Shown here: one piece after another, positions 5,872 to 6,855 of the stretch
How positions within the stretch are numbered: the first letter of the stretch is position 1
Layout of the letters: each line of letters starts with the position of its first letter
Assembly (NCBI RefSeq): GCF_006345805.1
Contig: NW_021829152.1
Span: 1-6,855, forward strand
Length of the DNA: 6,855 bases
Direction: 5' to 3'
Source of the DNA: Octopus sinensis
Taxonomy: Eukaryota
Notes under the pieces: generated by a model
What the model saw: the letters and a program-made list of their open reading frames with translations, nothing else
Told to the model about the DNA's origin: nothing
The model's database searches: none
Translations under genes and position numbers: made by a program

Positions 5872-6081
5872 TCAAGGACCTTTTGAGCGGGATGGATGTG
5901 TTACTCGACCTGAAGAAAATTCTAACTGAGTTCCACCTGCAAGGTCATGCACTGTTTATCTTGATAAGCGATCACTATGTCACACACATATGGTTGTGAT
6001 GCACGAGCCTGGTGTACTCTTATCAGACGTGTAGTCATGATGGGTATTCTGGGCTTCGTGTATTTTACCTCAATGTCACTT
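5872..6081 (+). mobile_element. Copy 2 of the same element, inverted and joined head-to-head to copy 1
   Basis: Its reverse complement aligns to 5444-5649 with about 26 substitutions and one 4-nt indel by hand count (~87% identity). Confidence 0.9.
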
Positions 6082-6144
6082 CTTCTCACGATGTGCAATG
6101 ATTGATCGCTCTAACTCTCATATCATGTAAATAATATATACCCA

Positions 6145-6355
6145 CTTCTACTATAGGTACAAGGCCTGAAATTTTCGGAGGGGGACATAGTTGACTACAT
6201 CGACCCCAGTATTCAACTGGTATTTAATTTATCATCCCTGAAAGGATGAAAGGCAAAGTCGACACCGGCAGGATTTGAACTCAGACATAAAAACGGACGA
6301 AATATCGCTAAGCATTTTGCCCGACGTGCTAACGATTCCGCCAACCCACTGTCTT
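6145..6355 (-). mobile_element. tRNA-derived SINE family B, copy with an alternative 3' tail
   Basis: B box GAGTTCAAATCC (6271-6282, minus). Head and core are homologous to 2790-2937 + 3922-3946. The tail reads ...CCCCCTCCGAAAATTTCAGGCCTTGTACCTATAGTAGAAG, unlike the copy at 2723. Confidence 0.9.
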
Positions 6356-6570
6356 TATAGATCGCCATTGATTGCTAACTAGCAGCATTGCCCCCCACCG
6401 GTAGAGGGCGTTGAGCGCTTGGTGGACATTCCAGGTTGATAGGTTGGATAATTTGGATCGAGATACGGGGTATGTTTGAGAAATTTGCGGCGTGGTCACG
6501 GCTGGAAGACCTCTGACGTTAAGCCTGGTCGATGGGAATTGACAAGAGGCTAACAACACAACAACAACAC
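6356..6570 (+). mobile_element. Unclassified probable retroelement 3' fragment with (CAA)n tail
   Basis: Complex GC-balanced sequence ending ...GACAAGAGGCTAACAACACAACAACAAC. No protein motif recognised in any frame. Confidence 0.3.
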
Positions 6571-6855
6571 CTGCATTAATCACCACCACCACCACCATCA
6601 CCACCACCTCATTAGCATTCCCCTCGCCTACTCTCTCTACCATCGCCGCCAGCATCATCGCCAACACTACCGTGATGAACACCGCCAAGGCTCCTTCCCA
6701 ACCACCGGAAACTCCATCACTAGCCAACACCACCACCACCACCATCACTACCACCAACACCACCACTGCCGCCGCCGCCGCCGCCACCATTGCCATCACT
6801 ACAACCACACCAAACAACACCACTACAGACTACCACCATCACACCCACCCCACCA
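6552..6855. repeat. Low-complexity (CAA)/(CAC)/(CGC) trinucleotide region
   Basis: Degenerate CAC-rich tracts running to the window end. They produce the poly-V/A part of ORF 6329..6823. Confidence 0.92.

Noticed and set aside
6329-6823. 164-aa minus-strand ORF
   Set aside because: Two thirds is low-complexity Val/Ala from the CAC repeats, the end runs into a SINE head, and no motif is recognised in the complex part.

Overview
This is repeat-saturated animal genomic DNA, intergenic or intronic, with no credible host protein-coding gene. I recognise the SINE, mariner and LINE families from memory as octopus (coleoid cephalopod) repeats; that is unverified by any search. Contents: (1) three copies of a composite tRNA-headed SINE with an internal (TA)n/(TG)n microsatellite, here family A (348-780 minus, 926-1336 plus, 4299-4748 plus). 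(2) A second tRNA-headed SINE, family B (2723-2937 + 3922-3946 minus, 6145-6355 minus, core fragment 3360-3422 plus). (3) A third tRNA-headed SINE, family C (2352-2722 + 3947-3991 plus). (4) A mariner relic split by a SINE (781-926 + 1337-1435 minus). (5) A 984-bp non-autonomous DNA transposon with ~184-bp GG...CC TIRs and an 8-bp TSD (2938-3921). (6) The dead C-terminal end of a Tx1/L1-clade LINE ORF2 (4888-5346 minus). (7) Two head-to-head copies of an (AAT)n-tailed retroelement end forming a ~205-bp inverted repeat (5444-5649 / 5872-6081). (8) Long di- and trinucleotide repeats, which explain nearly all ORFs in the supplied track. I found no convincing new protein-based system. The best leads are a nested insertion stack with intact TSDs, the unclassified long-TIR element, two long fold-back structures, and module sharing among the SINE families and a candidate partner LINE end.
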